DNA of 64,000 nucleotides from Alphaproteobacteria bacterium (GCA_964291285.2 OZ219787.1:1-64000); one strand, 5' to 3'. Counted from the stretch's first letter, positions 38,867-49,829 are shown. Numbers and translations are program-made. Notes: generated from the letters alone by a model not told the origin.

Positions 38867-39775
38867 ATGCTCGACGACCACCTCATCGGCGTGCTCTCCA
38901 ACATGGGCATGATCTCCTTCATCGCCCTGTCGGCCTATCTGGTCCTTGTCGTCGGCGAGATTTCCTTCGGGCAGCAGGCCTTCTTCGCGGTCTCGGCCTA
39001 CGCCTCGGGCATCGCGTCGGCCATGTGGGGCTGGCCGTTTCTGGGAGCGGTGCTGTGGGGCGCGGCCGTTGCGGGCCTTGCGGGTCTTCTGCTCGCCATC
39101 CCGACCCTGCGCATAAGGGGGCTCTATTTCGCCATTGCGACGCTGGCGTTTGCGGAAATGGTGCGCCTTGCGCTCGAAATCTTCACCTACCAGGTTGAGC
39201 AGGACGGGGAGCTCGTCGGCCCCAACGGCTCCGAGGGATTCCGGGACATCCGCTACATCTACGAGGCCGACATTTCCGCTGGTGAGTTCCTGCTAGTCAT
39301 ACTGGCGCTGCTGGCGGCGACGCTCGCCATAATCCTCTGGATCGAGAGAACGCGCCTCGGCGCCATATTGCGCATGGTGGGCGAGGACCCGGTGCTTGCC
39401 CGCCTCCAGGGCGTCAATGTGAACCTCGCCAAGATCGCAACGGTTGCCGCCGCTGGACTCGTGGCCGGCATTGGCGGCGCACTCTACGCCCATCTCAACA
39501 CCTATGTCGAGCCGAAAATCTTCAATGTCATGCTCGGGGTGCACGGCCTCGCCTACGGCCTGATCGGCGGCCTCGGCACGGCATTCGGCCCGCTGCTGGG
39601 CGTCGCGCTCGATATCGGCGTCCTCGAATCGACGCGCGCCTTCTCCGGCTACCGCATGATCGTGTTCGGCGGGCTGGTCGCGGTCCTGCTGATCGTTCGC
39701 CCGCGCGGATTGCTGGACGAGGCCGCCGTTTACCGCATCCGCCGCTTCCTGCTGAGGAAACATGCTGGCGATTGA
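38867..39775 (+). CDS. Liv-type ABC permease (LivM-like) 2
   Basis: GEISFGQQAFF, ATLAFAE. Confidence 0.92.
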   Translation: MLDDHLIGVLSNMGMISFIALSAYLVLVVGEISFGQQAFFAVSAYASGIASAMWGWPFLGAVLWGAAVAGLAGLLLAIPTLRIRGLYFAIATLAFAEMVRLALEIFTYQVEQDGELVGPNGSEGFRDIRYIYEADISAGEFLLVILALLAATLAIILWIERTRLGAILRMVGEDPVLARLQGVNVNLAKIATVAAAGLVAGIGGALYAHLNTYVEPKIFNVMLGVHGLAYGLIGGLGTAFGPLLGVALDIGVLESTRAFSGYRMIVFGGLVAVLLIVRPRGLLDEAAVYRIRRFLLRKHAGD

Positions 39776-40514
39776 AGGGCTGACGGTCCGCTTCGGCGGC
39801 TTGACGGCGCTGGACGACATGTCGCTTCGCGCCGCCGACGGAGAGGTGCTGGGCCTGATCGGTCCGAACGGTTCCGGCAAGACCACGCTCATCAACGCGC
39901 TGACGGGCGTCTATCCGGCGACGGGCCGGGTCCGCTTCCGGGGCGAGGATCTGCTGGGTCTGCCGCCGGAGCGGATCGTGCGGCTCGGCCTTGTGCGCAC
40001 CTTCCAGAACTTGCGCGTCTTCAGACGCATGACGGTGATCGAGAACGTGCTCGCCGCACAGAACGGCATGACCGGCATCGCGCTCGCCGACCTCATCGGC
40101 GGCCGGCGCCGCGACGGAAGACGGCGCGAGCAGGCGCATGAGTTGGTCGAACGGGTCGGGCTCGGCAATGACGCCGACCGGCTGGCGGGCACGCTGCCGC
40201 TTGCAAGCCAGCGCCGCCTGGAGCTGGCGCGGGCGCTGGTTCGCGACCCCGCACTGCTGCTGCTCGACGAACCTTCGGGCGGCATGACCCCGGCCGAGAC
40301 GCGGGAGATGACCGGGCTCATTGCAGGGCTCGCTTGCCCCGGCCGAACCGTCATGGTGGTCGAGCACAAGATGGCGCTCATCACTGGCCTCTGCACGCGG
40401 CTCGCCGTGCTGAATTTCGGCAGGCTGATCGCCGAAGGCGTGCCCGCTGAGGTCCTGCGCCGGCCGGCGGTGGTCGAGGCCTATCTGGGCACCGAGGCCC
40501 CGGTCGATGCTTGA
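39762..40514 (+). CDS. Liv-type ABC ATPase (LivG-like) 2
   Basis: GPNGSGKTT, RTFQNLRVF. Confidence 0.92.
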   Translation: MLAIEGLTVRFGGLTALDDMSLRAADGEVLGLIGPNGSGKTTLINALTGVYPATGRVRFRGEDLLGLPPERIVRLGLVRTFQNLRVFRRMTVIENVLAAQNGMTGIALADLIGGRRRDGRRREQAHELVERVGLGNDADRLAGTLPLASQRRLELARALVRDPALLLLDEPSGGMTPAETREMTGLIAGLACPGRTVMVVEHKMALITGLCTRLAVLNFGRLIAEGVPAEVLRRPAVVEAYLGTEAPVDA

Positions 40515-41202
40515 GGTCCGCGACCTGTCGGTAAGCTACGGGCCGGTGCAGGCGCTGGCCGGCATTTCGCTCGAAGTGCGCGAAGGCGAAATCGTAGCCC
40601 TGATCGGCGCCAACGGCGCAGGCAAGAGTTCGCTCATCCACGCCGTCGCCGGCCTCGCGCCCGCCGCTGGCGGAAGAGTCTCCTTCCGGGGAGAGGAGGT
40701 GCTCGGACTGCCGAGCCATCGCATATTCCGGCGTGGCATCGCGCTGTGCCCCGAGGGGCGCATGGTACTGGGCGGCCTGACGGTCGAGGAAAACCTGAAG
40801 CTCGCCGCTCCGGGACGCCGTTCGTTCGCGGACCTCTACGAGCTGTTTCCGAGGCTCGGGGTGCGCGCATCGAGCCGGGGCGCCTCGCTTTCGGGCGGCG
40901 AAGCGCAGATGCTGGCCATCGCCCGCGCGCTGGCTCAGGAACCCCTGCTGCTGCTGCTGGACGAACCCTCGCTCGGACTGGCGCCGAACGCCGTGCAGGC
41001 CATCTTTGCGCTGCTGCCGCAACTCCGGGACCGGGGATTGACGATCCTCCTGGTTGAGCAAAATCTCGTCCAGGCGCTGAGGGCCGCCGACCGCGCCTAT
41101 CTCCTGGAGAGCGGACGCATCGCGCGGCAGGGCCCGGCGGAGGCGCTGCTGGGGGACGAAGGCATCGTCGAGCGCTATCTCGGTCTGGAACAGGAGGCCT
41201 GA
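40507..41202 (+). CDS. Liv-type ABC ATPase (LivF-like) 2
   Basis: GANGAGKSS, LSGGEAQM. Confidence 0.92.
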   Translation: MLEVRDLSVSYGPVQALAGISLEVREGEIVALIGANGAGKSSLIHAVAGLAPAAGGRVSFRGEEVLGLPSHRIFRRGIALCPEGRMVLGGLTVEENLKLAAPGRRSFADLYELFPRLGVRASSRGASLSGGEAQMLAIARALAQEPLLLLLDEPSLGLAPNAVQAIFALLPQLRDRGLTILLVEQNLVQALRAADRAYLLESGRIARQGPAEALLGDEGIVERYLGLEQEA

Positions 41203-41203
41203 C

Positions 41204-41623
41204 ATGATCCGCACAATGGCGCTTGCAGCCTTGGGGTTCGCATCCCTTGCTTCCGCCGCTCTGGCCGGTGAGCGCGCCGCCGCCGATGTGGCCTGCGAGC
41301 CGACCGCCGAGGCGCTCGTCTATTCCTGCACCATCGTCGTGACCGGCCGCAAGTCGACCGAGCCCGTCCTTGCGGAGGCGCTTTCCGTCAAGGCCGACAT
41401 GCCCAGCATGCCGATGGCGCACAATCTTCCTCCGGCAAGCGCCATGCCCGTCGAAGGCAAGCCCGGCCACTACATGGCAACGCTGGAACTTGAAATGCAC
41501 GGCGAATGGGCGTTGGCCATCGAGGTGGACGGAAAGACCGCGGAAACGGTCGCGCGCGTTCGCGACAAGGTCATCGTCAAGCGGACATTCGGCCGGGGAC
41601 ACGACGCCGCGCCAAAGCAGTAG
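41204..41623 (+). CDS. Exported YtkA/FixH-like Ig-fold protein
   Basis: Signal peptide; ADMPSMPMAH, PGHY, MHGEW. Confidence 0.7.
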   Translation: MIRTMALAALGFASLASAALAGERAAADVACEPTAEALVYSCTIVVTGRKSTEPVLAEALSVKADMPSMPMAHNLPPASAMPVEGKPGHYMATLELEMHGEWALAIEVDGKTAETVARVRDKVIVKRTFGRGHDAAPKQ

Positions 41624-41721
41624 GCGGCCGGTATGCCGCTGTCGGGGCCGCCGTGCCCGATACCGTCCGATGTGCTATTTGTCGGCTGACATTCGCCGGC
41701 TGAGGGGAGAACAGGAAAGCC

Positions 41722-42102
41722 ATGCTGACAAGACGCAATCCGGACTCCGTCCACGCCCCGCGCGGCTACTCGCATTCGGTGGAAGCGCCTGCGGGTGCCA
41801 CCTGGGTCTATATTTCCGGGCAGGTGGGCGTCAGGCCTGACGGCTCCGTCGTGGAGGATGCGCGCGGCCAGATCGACCAGGTCTGGGTCAATCTGGGCGC
41901 ACAGTTGGAGGCAGCGGGCCTGTCGCGGGAAAATATCGTCAAGATCAACGTCTTCCTCACCCGCCGGGAGGATATCCATTACTACCGCGAAAGCCGGGGC
42001 GCTTTTCTCGGCGACAACCCGCCGGCTTCGACGCTGTTGTTCGTGGCGGGCCTGGCCGACCCGGCGATGGTGGTCGAGATCGAGGCCATGTGCGTCAAAT
42101 GA
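41722..42102 (+). CDS. RidA/YjgF family protein
   Basis: YSH, YISGQVG, PASTL, VEIEA. Confidence 0.92.
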   Translation: MLTRRNPDSVHAPRGYSHSVEAPAGATWVYISGQVGVRPDGSVVEDARGQIDQVWVNLGAQLEAAGLSRENIVKINVFLTRREDIHYYRESRGAFLGDNPPASTLLFVAGLADPAMVVEIEAMCVK

Positions 42103-43457
42103 GCTTCGCCGCGCTCAGGGAGCGTTTCGGTACCCGGTTCAGCACCTCGGAGGCGGTGCGCGGCCACCATGGCAAGGACGCGACCTTCCATGCGCCGCAT
42201 CCGCCCGACGCCGTCGTCTTTCCGGAGACGGTGGAGGAGGTGCAGGCCATTGTCCGCGCCTGCCACGGGTCCGGCACGCCGGTCGTCCCCTTCGGCGCCG
42301 GCACCTCGCTGGAAGGCCATATCGGCGCGCTCGACGGCGGCGTCACCATCGACCTGACCGGTCTGGACCGCATCCGCGAGATCCATGACGAAGACATGAC
42401 CTGCTTCGTCGAGCCCGGCGTCACGCGCAAGCGGCTCAACGAGGAACTGCGCGCCACGGGGCTGTTCTTCCCGATCGACCCCGGCGCGGACGCCTCGCTC
42501 GGAGGCATGGTGGCGACCGGAGCCTCCGGCACCAATGCCGTACGCTACGGCACCATGCGCGAGAACGTGCTCAGCCTTGAGGTCGTATTGCCGGACGGGC
42601 GGCTGATCCGGACCGGCACGCGGGCGCGAAAGTCTTCCGCGGGCTACGACCTTACCCGCCTCTATATCGGTTCCGAGGGCACGCTCGGTATCGTCACGGG
42701 CATCCATCTCCGGCTCTACGGCATCCCGGAGAGCATTGCATCCGCCGTCTGCGCCTTCCCGTCCGTGGACGCCGCCGTGGACGCCGTCATCCTGACGATC
42801 CAGTCCGGGATTCCCGTCGCCCGGATCGAGTTGCTGGACGAGGTGCAGATGGACGCCTGCAATCGGTATTCCGGGCTGGACTACGCCGCCTCCCCGCACA
42901 TCTTCTTCGAATTCCACGGCACGCCGGCCGGCGTCGCCGAGCAGGCGGAGGCGACGGGCGCCATCGCGCAGGAATTCGGCGGGTCGGACTTCGCCTGGTC
43001 CACCACCACCGAGGAGCGCAACCGGCTCTGGCAGGCGCGCCACGACGCCTTCTTCGCCGCCATCGCGCTGCGTCCGGGTTCGGAGGGCTGGCCGACCGAC
43101 GTCTGCGTGCCGATCTCGCGGCTTGCCGAGTGCATCGCCGAGACGCGCGCCGACCTTGCCTCCGCGTCCTTCCCGACGCCCATCGTCGGGCATGTGGGCG
43201 ACGGCAATTTCCACGTCATCTTCGTCATAGACACGGAGGACGCCGATGAGGTCCGTATCGCGACCGAGCTGAACGACCGCCTGGTGCGCCGGGCGCTCGC
43301 CATGGGCGGCACCTGCACCGGCGAGCACGGCATCGGATACGGCAAGATGCATTTCCTGGAGGACGAGCACCCCTCGGCCCTGCCGGTGATGCGGGTCGTC
43401 AAGCGCGCGCTCGACCCGAAGAACATCATGAATCCGGGAAAGATCGTCCGTCTGTGA
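42099..43457 (+). CDS. FAD-linked oxidase (D-lactate dehydrogenase/GlcD family)
   Basis: FGAGTSLEG, FPIDPGADASLGGM, GSEGTLG, HVGDGNFH, GEHGIG, MNPGK. Confidence 0.92.
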   Translation: MSFAALRERFGTRFSTSEAVRGHHGKDATFHAPHPPDAVVFPETVEEVQAIVRACHGSGTPVVPFGAGTSLEGHIGALDGGVTIDLTGLDRIREIHDEDMTCFVEPGVTRKRLNEELRATGLFFPIDPGADASLGGMVATGASGTNAVRYGTMRENVLSLEVVLPDGRLIRTGTRARKSSAGYDLTRLYIGSEGTLGIVTGIHLRLYGIPESIASAVCAFPSVDAAVDAVILTIQSGIPVARIELLDEVQMDACNRYSGLDYAASPHIFFEFHGTPAGVAEQAEATGAIAQEFGGSDFAWSTTTEERNRLWQARHDAFFAAIALRPGSEGWPTDVCVPISRLAECIAETRADLASASFPTPIVGHVGDGNFHVIFVIDTEDADEVRIATELNDRLVRRALAMGGTCTGEHGIGYGKMHFLEDEHPSALPVMRVVKRALDPKNIMNPGKIVRL

Positions 43458-44029
43458 CCCCGAGGCTGCTAGCATTCGCGGGTTCCGTGCGCCGGGACTC
43501 GTTCAATGCCCGGCTGGCCCGTTTCGCCGCGCGCGAGGCCGAAGCCGCCGGCGCGGAGGCGCTGCTTCTCGATCTCGCGGAATTCGACCTGCCGCTCTAC
43601 AACGGCGACCTCGAGGCGGGGGAGGGCCTGCCGGCCGGCGCGGTCCGGCTGAAGGAGTTGTTCCTTGCCCATGACGGCTTCCTGCTCGCCTCGCCGGAGT
43701 ATAACGGCTCGATCTCGCCGCTCCTCAAGAACGCCATCGACTGGGTGTCCCGCCCCGTGGCCGGGCAGCCGCCGCTGGTCTGGTATGCGGGCAAGGTCGC
43801 GGGCCTCATGGCGGCCTCGCCGGGGGCGCTGGGCGGCTTGCGCGGCCTCGTGCATGTCCGGCAGATCCTCTCCGGTATCGGCGTCATCGTCGCGCCTGCG
43901 CAGCATGCCGTCGCGCGGGCAGGCGACGCCTTCGACGACGAAGGCGGCCTTGCCGAAGAGCCCCACGGCGCGGCGGTCCGGCGCGTCGTGGGGGAGACCG
44001 TCCGGCTCGCCGCGAAGCTAGGCGCCTGA
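43454..44029 (+). CDS. NADPH-dependent FMN reductase
   Basis: AGSVRRDSFN, SPEYNGS, LKNAIDWVSR. Confidence 0.92.
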   Translation: MTPRLLAFAGSVRRDSFNARLARFAAREAEAAGAEALLLDLAEFDLPLYNGDLEAGEGLPAGAVRLKELFLAHDGFLLASPEYNGSISPLLKNAIDWVSRPVAGQPPLVWYAGKVAGLMAASPGALGGLRGLVHVRQILSGIGVIVAPAQHAVARAGDAFDDEGGLAEEPHGAAVRRVVGETVRLAAKLGA

Positions 44030-44038
44030 CGGTCGCCG

Positions 44039-45841
44039 GTGGCCGGCCCGCCGATCTTCACCCTGCGCGAGGCCGAAATCGGTTTCGGCGGCGCAAGCCT
44101 GTTTTCCGACGCTGGCTTCGGCATTGCGCGCGGCGACCGCGCCTGCCTGATCGGCCGCAACGGATGCGGCAAGTCCACCCTGATGAAGGTCATCGCGGGC
44201 GAGCTGGAGCTCGATCTCGGCGAACGCTACGTCCAGCCCGGCATCCGCATCGCCTATCTGCACCAGGACCCGCCGGTCGATGCCGGGCTGAGTGTCGGCG
44301 ACTATGCGAGCCGTTCCCCGGATGACGGACCGCCCGCCCTCGACCATGCGGTCGCGGCGATGCTCGACCGGCTGGAACTCGACCCGAACCGGCACATGGC
44401 GACGCTCTCCGGCGGCGAGAGCCGGCGGGCGGAGCTGGCGCGCGTGCTGGCCGTGGCGCCCGACATCCTGCTGCTTGACGAACCGACGAACCATCTCGAC
44501 CTGCCCGCTATCGAGTGGCTGGAACGCCTCATTCGCGGCTATGAAGGCGCGGTCGTCACCGTCAGCCATGACCGGCGCTTCCTCGCGGACGTCACCGACC
44601 GCATCCTCTGGCTGGAGCGGGGCCGTCTGCGCCAGACCGCGCGCGGCTTCGCCGCTTTCGAGGAATGGTCGGAGGCGGTGATTGCGGAGGAACTCCGGCG
44701 GCAGGAGAAGCTCGACCGGCGTATCGCCGAGGAAACGCGCTGGCTGCATCGCGGCATCACCGCCCGCCGGCGGCGCAACCAGGGCCGCCTCGCCGCGCTG
44801 ACGGACATGCGCGAGCGCCGCGCCGCCATGCTCGGAGCCCCGCAGCGCGCCCGCATCGTGCTTGAGGAAAGCGAGATCAGGAGCCGCATGGCGATCGAGG
44901 CCAGCAATATCGCCAAGCAATATGGCGGCCGCACGATCGTCGAGGGTTTCAGCACCCGCATACTGCGCGGCGACCGGATCGGCATATTGGGGCCGAACGG
45001 GGCCGGAAAGACGACCTTGCTGCGCATGCTGATCGGGGAGCTCAGGCCCGATTCCGGCAAGGTCCGCCGGTCGGCCACGCTGCAATCCGCCTATTTCGAC
45101 CAGCGCCGCGCCTCGCTCGACCTCGATGCCACGCTCAAGCGCACGCTCTGCCCGGAGGGCGGCGACACCGTCTTCGTGCGCGGCCGGCCCCGCCATGTGG
45201 TTGGCTATCTGAAGGACTTCCTGTTCGATTTCGACCAGGTTGAAAGCCCGGTCGGGTCGCTGTCCGGCGGCGAACGCAACCGCCTGCTGCTCGCCCGCAC
45301 GCTCGCCCGGAAATGCGACCTGCTGGTGCTGGACGAGCCGACCAACGACCTCGACATGGACACGCTGGACCTCCTGGCGGACGTGCTGGGCGATTTCGAG
45401 GGCACGCTGATCCTGGTCAGCCACGACCGGGACTTCCTCGACAAGACCGTCGCGAGCGTCATCGCACTGGAGGGCGACGGCTCGGCGCACGAATTCGCCG
45501 GCGGCTACAGCGACTACCGCCGGAACAGACCGGCCGCTCAATCGCGGACGGACCCGAAACCGCGGCCGAAGGCGGTACCCGTCCGCCCGCGCGCACCGAC
45601 CTCCAAGCTCGGCTTCCGCCAGCAGCGGCGCTGGGACGAACTGCCCGGCGAAATCGAGCGCGCGCAAGGCCGGGCCGGGAAGCTGGAGCGCATGCTTGCC
45701 GACCCCGGCTTCTACGAGCGCGACCCCGAACGGTTCGCGCAGGCGGCGGAACTGCTGAGCGGTGCGCGGACCGAGATTGCAGCCCTTGAGGAGGAGTGGC
45801 TCGAACTCGCCCTCTTGCGCGAAGAGCTCGAAAAGGTCTGA
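44039..45841 (+). CDS. uup: ABC-F ATPase, Uup type
   Basis: Two ABC domains (GRNGCGKST, GPNGAGKTT), WLHRGITARRRRNQGR linker, C-terminal coiled domain. Confidence 0.88.
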   Translation: MAGPPIFTLREAEIGFGGASLFSDAGFGIARGDRACLIGRNGCGKSTLMKVIAGELELDLGERYVQPGIRIAYLHQDPPVDAGLSVGDYASRSPDDGPPALDHAVAAMLDRLELDPNRHMATLSGGESRRAELARVLAVAPDILLLDEPTNHLDLPAIEWLERLIRGYEGAVVTVSHDRRFLADVTDRILWLERGRLRQTARGFAAFEEWSEAVIAEELRRQEKLDRRIAEETRWLHRGITARRRRNQGRLAALTDMRERRAAMLGAPQRARIVLEESEIRSRMAIEASNIAKQYGGRTIVEGFSTRILRGDRIGILGPNGAGKTTLLRMLIGELRPDSGKVRRSATLQSAYFDQRRASLDLDATLKRTLCPEGGDTVFVRGRPRHVVGYLKDFLFDFDQVESPVGSLSGGERNRLLLARTLARKCDLLVLDEPTNDLDMDTLDLLADVLGDFEGTLILVSHDRDFLDKTVASVIALEGDGSAHEFAGGYSDYRRNRPAAQSRTDPKPRPKAVPVRPRAPTSKLGFRQQRRWDELPGEIERAQGRAGKLERMLADPGFYERDPERFAQAAELLSGARTEIAALEEEWLELALLREELEKV

Positions 45842-45851
45842 ATGGAGGCTC

Positions 45852-46251
45852 GGTCCAGAAGGCCGGACGGCCGCGCCGGGCACCCTGCCCGGTGAGGAAG
45901 GTCCGGGCTCCACGGAGGAACGGTGCCGGGTAACGCCCGGCGGGGGCGATCCCAGGGAAAGTGCCACAGAAAACAAACCGCCGGCCCTTCGGGTTCGCCC
46001 GCCGGCCGGCAAGGGTGAAACGGGGCGGTAAGAGCGCCCCGCGGCTCCGGCAACGGAGCCGGCAGGGCAAACCCCACCGGGAGCAAGACCGAATAGGAGC
46101 GGCAGGCCGGGGCAAACCGTCCCGGCCGGCGTCCTCCGCGTCGCCGCTCGGGTTGGTCGCACGAGGCGTCCGGCAACGGACGTCCCAGACGAATGGCCGT
46201 CGCCGCCCGGAAACGGGCGGTACAGAACCCGGCCTACAGGCCTTCTGGATC
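45852..46251 (+). ncRNA. rnpB: RNase P RNA (class A)
   Basis: GAGGAAGGTCCGGGCTC, AGTGCCACAGAAAA, GGTAAGAGC, GGCAAACCCC, ACAGAACCCGGCCTAC; terminal P1 pairing. Confidence 0.95.
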
Positions 46252-46499
46252 GTCCTCCTGGGGACATTGACAAGGTTCCGCGCCGGGAACCGGCGGTCTG
46301 TCGGCGGGCTCCCGCAGGGGCGATCAGGCGCAGCTGCAGGGCCCACTCCAGGCCGGTCTCCGCCCCGGTCGTTCGCAAGGCATTGCAACCTCCTTGCCGA
46401 TCCGTGGTCCCGGACGCCTCCGTTGCCGGAGGAGCATCCGTCGCCCGCGCATGATGCGCGCCCGCCCGCGCGTGCGCGCCCGCATGCGCGGGCCGGTTC

Positions 46500-46640
46500 G
46501 GAGCGGTCCCCTTCGACAAGCTCAGGACAGGCTTTCGATACGCGCCCGCTGGCGCGGTCGCTACTCAGGATGAGGGGCGGGGATGGCGGCCCGGACAGAA
46601 CTCTCATCCCGGGTAGCGGCGCCAGCCGCGTATCGAGGGA
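46500..46640. repeat. REP cluster (reverse complement of the unit at ~32256-32350)
   Basis: CTTCGACAAGCTCAGGACAGG and TTCGATACGCGCCCGCT...CTACTCAGGATGAGGGG. Confidence 0.75.
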
Positions 46641-47063
46641 TCCCCGCATGTCATGGAATGTCATGTTCCGTCATGCGATGTCATGATCTGCATGTGCGCG
46701 GCGCATATCCTGCGGCTCTTTCGGGCATGAAGCCGCCCTTTCCGGCAGGTTCCGGATACGCCGTCCGGGTTCTTCGACTTCGCGTCTTCTGCATGGGTCC
46801 GTCCTTTCGCTCCTGGTCCCTTCCATTTCCGTCGGCCCCGGCTGCAGCGGGACCCTAATTCGCGCCTAATGTGCGCAGGCGCCCGCGCCCGCCCGCGCGC
46901 CCTTCGCGGCGGCGCGAATCGCGCGCCTGATTGCGCCCGCGCGCGCGAGGCCCGAACGCAGGGCGCACGTCTCCCGTCAGCTTCCCGGGTGCTTTTTTCG
47001 CGCCGGCGCCGACGCGGAGGACAGGGCGGCCCCGCGAACGCCGCCTCCTTCCTCCTGCCCTAG

Positions 47064-49077
47064 CCCGACTTCCGCAACTCGGGGGTCATGAGGATGCTAA
47101 CTCATTGAATAGCCTTGATCGTCTCCCCGAGGGTCGGCACTACAAGGCGGCGAACGGAGAGGCGGCGCCGTGTGCCGTCAGGCGGAGATCCGGGGTGCGG
47201 GTTGCTGCGGCCAGGTCATGCCGAGCTGTTGCAGCAGTAGCTCGTGCTCCTTGTTCGGCCGGGTGTGGCGCGGCAGGACGAGGTGCCGGCCGTCGGTGGT
47301 TGGCAGATGGACGTCCACCATCTGGATGGTGGCGAAGGCCTCAAGGATGGCGCGTGGGGTGAGGCCCGGGGCGCGCGGCCGGGCGAGGTTCTTCAGGGTC
47401 ACCAGCAGGCAGTAGGCGATGAACGAGACGAAGATATGCGCCTCGATGCGCTCTTGGCGCTGATGGAAGATGGGGCGGATCGCGAGGTCGTGCTTGAGTT
47501 CCTTGAACGCCTGCTCGATCTCGACGAGCTGCATGTACAGATGCCACAGCGTGGCGGGGTCTTCGGCGACCATGTTGGATCGCAGCAGGTAACGGCCCTC
47601 GCGGCGGCGGACCTGGCGCAGCCGGTCGCGCTGCAGGCGGAATGAGAAGCCGTTGGCGGCGAGTTCGCTGTCGGTCCCGGGCACGGTGATGTCGACCAGG
47701 CTCCAGGCCCGGCCGGCCTCCTTCCTGGCGGCGCCGAGCTTGAGCAACAACTGATCCCGGCTGTTCGACTGCCCTTGCAACTCGGCCAATCGACGCCACA
47801 GCCTCTTCAGCCGGCGCCGGCGCATGCCGCGTTCCTTCACCTGCCGCCCCTCGCTGCGCACCAGGACGTAGAGCTCGCCATCCTCGACCAGAAGCTTGAC
47901 AGTCACGGACTGGCGCACCTCCTGCCAGGGCAGGCCCAGGAACACCTTCTCGAGCCGCGTCAGCCGGCCCTTGGGCGTGCCCACCAGGTAGCGCACCGGC
48001 GCCTCGCCCTCGCGCATCGCGGCCAGCGTCTCCTCGGTGGGGATGCCGCGGTCCATGATCCACACCCGCTCGGAGCGGCCATACTGATCCTCGATCTTCT
48101 TGAGGAACGCCGCCAGCGTGGTGTCGTCGGAGGTGTTGCCCGGCATCACCTCATAGGCCAGCGGAAAGCCCTGCGGCGTAACGATCAGGGCGATCACCAC
48201 CTGCACGCAGTCGGGCCGCTTGTCCCGGCTGTAGCCGAAGCGGCGCTTGTCATCGAACGGCGGATCGCTCTCGAAGTAGGTCGAGGTCAGGTCGTAGAGC
48301 AGCACGTCGAAGCGCGCCTCGAACAGCGTCGCCCAGCGGTCGCGCAGAAACGAGAAGAAGCCCTGCTTGTGCGCCAGCAGCTTGTCGAGACAGCGATAGA
48401 GTGTGTCGTCGGCGATCGCCCGCTCGCCACCCAGAAGATCGCGAAGCGCGCTGTGCTCATACCAGTGACGGTGAAGGCGCCACTCGCTGCCCGGGTCGAT
48501 CAGCCGGTAGCAGACCTGGATCTTCAGGATGTCCAGCCACCGCGTGCCTTGCCGGCTCGCCGGCAGCCGCTCTTCCCAGAAGCGGTCCAGGTCCAGGCGG
48601 TCCCACAAGGACAGCGCCAGCCAGCACGCCCCCCACTGGCGCGGGTCGTGAAGCGCCACCTGCGAGAGGTCGATCTTCACCACTTCGCAAGTCAGCGCCG
48701 GCGCCTCCCGGTCCTCGGGAAACAGCGCCATCTGCCGTGATCGCGACTTGCCCTCCACCACCTCGATCGAGCGGCACCACGCCGCTCGCTGGCTGTCGTT
48801 GATCTCCCCGAGATAGAGCACCTGACGCTGAACAACCCGACCGCCGTGGACCCGGACGTTCTCCACAACGCTCCAGTAGCGGTGCTCCTTGCCGTCCTTG
48901 AAGCGTCTCTTGCAGCGCACGAACATCAGCGCAGCGTCCGGATCTTCGCCAGCCCGATCAAGGGGGTAGGTCGGCACTACAAGCCGGTCCCGAGAGGTAC
49001 TGCACCGAAATCCGACACTTCTCGCGCCGGAAAACCGTCAAATCAGTCGATTCTCAAGCCGAGTTGCGGAAGTCGGG
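47064..49077 (-). mobile_element. IS1634-family element, copy 1
   Basis: TIR CCCGACTTCCGCAACTCGG, CTAG duplication; transposase 47178-48926 (YDLTSTYFE, GYSRDKRPD, MDRG, IEQAFKELK). Confidence 0.92.
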
Positions 49078-49829
49078 CTAGCGCCCCGTAACTCTCGGGC
49101 GTACTGCCTGGCGCGGTCCCGGGTGACTCTGTCCCGGGGCCGCGCCTCTTTTGAGGCGTCGGGCATTTCTCTGCCGCGTCCTTTAACGGCCGGTTCGACA
49201 CCTCCGGCGCATGGGGCGAGTACAATGCGGCGGCGACAGGCGGGGAGTCCGCAACCCTCCAGGGCATCGCCATCCGGTTCGTTGTGCCGGCATCGGTGGG
49301 CTGCGGCAGCGCCGCCGGTCCACTGTCCGGCAGCGCATCGTGGGCCGGCGCGATGGCCGGTGTGCAGGTCGAGAATGCCGGCGGCGCCTTCGAGCGCGAT
49401 GGTATCGCGGGTGCATTCTCCCTGAAGCGCGATTGACCGGCCGCGGTAAAGCCGGCCGTCCCGTTCCGCGATATCGCCGCTGGCGGTGAGCCGGCGGTTC
49501 CCCGTTCCCCGGCGGCACCGGCCCTTTTCGTGATGATGCACATCGCCTCGGCACCGCCAGTGCCGGCTTGCATGACAGCGGGTTCTTCAAAGCGGCTGCA
49601 ACGAGGCCGACAACCAACGCGGCTGCACCGGACACGGGCAGCCGGTTCATCGGAAACGGCAGGAGGCCGGAAGGCCCGGCTTCGTAGTCGGAGCCCCTGT
49701 CGAACCGCACCGAACAGTGATGCGCCGGCAACGTGACCGGACGCAGCACATGAAGGTGTGCTTGCAGATACATTTATTATTTTGTATTTTTTCAAGTAAT
49801 GCAATTGGCTTTACCGATGAATTAGCAGA

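Noticed and set aside
44018-46686. ORFs overlapping rnpB (833, 401 and 241 aa)
   Set aside because: Explained by uup antisense and the structured RNase P RNA.
49038-49804. Several overlapping ORFs next to the IS1634 end
   Set aside because: None has a recognisable motif or a clear RBS, so none can be supported.
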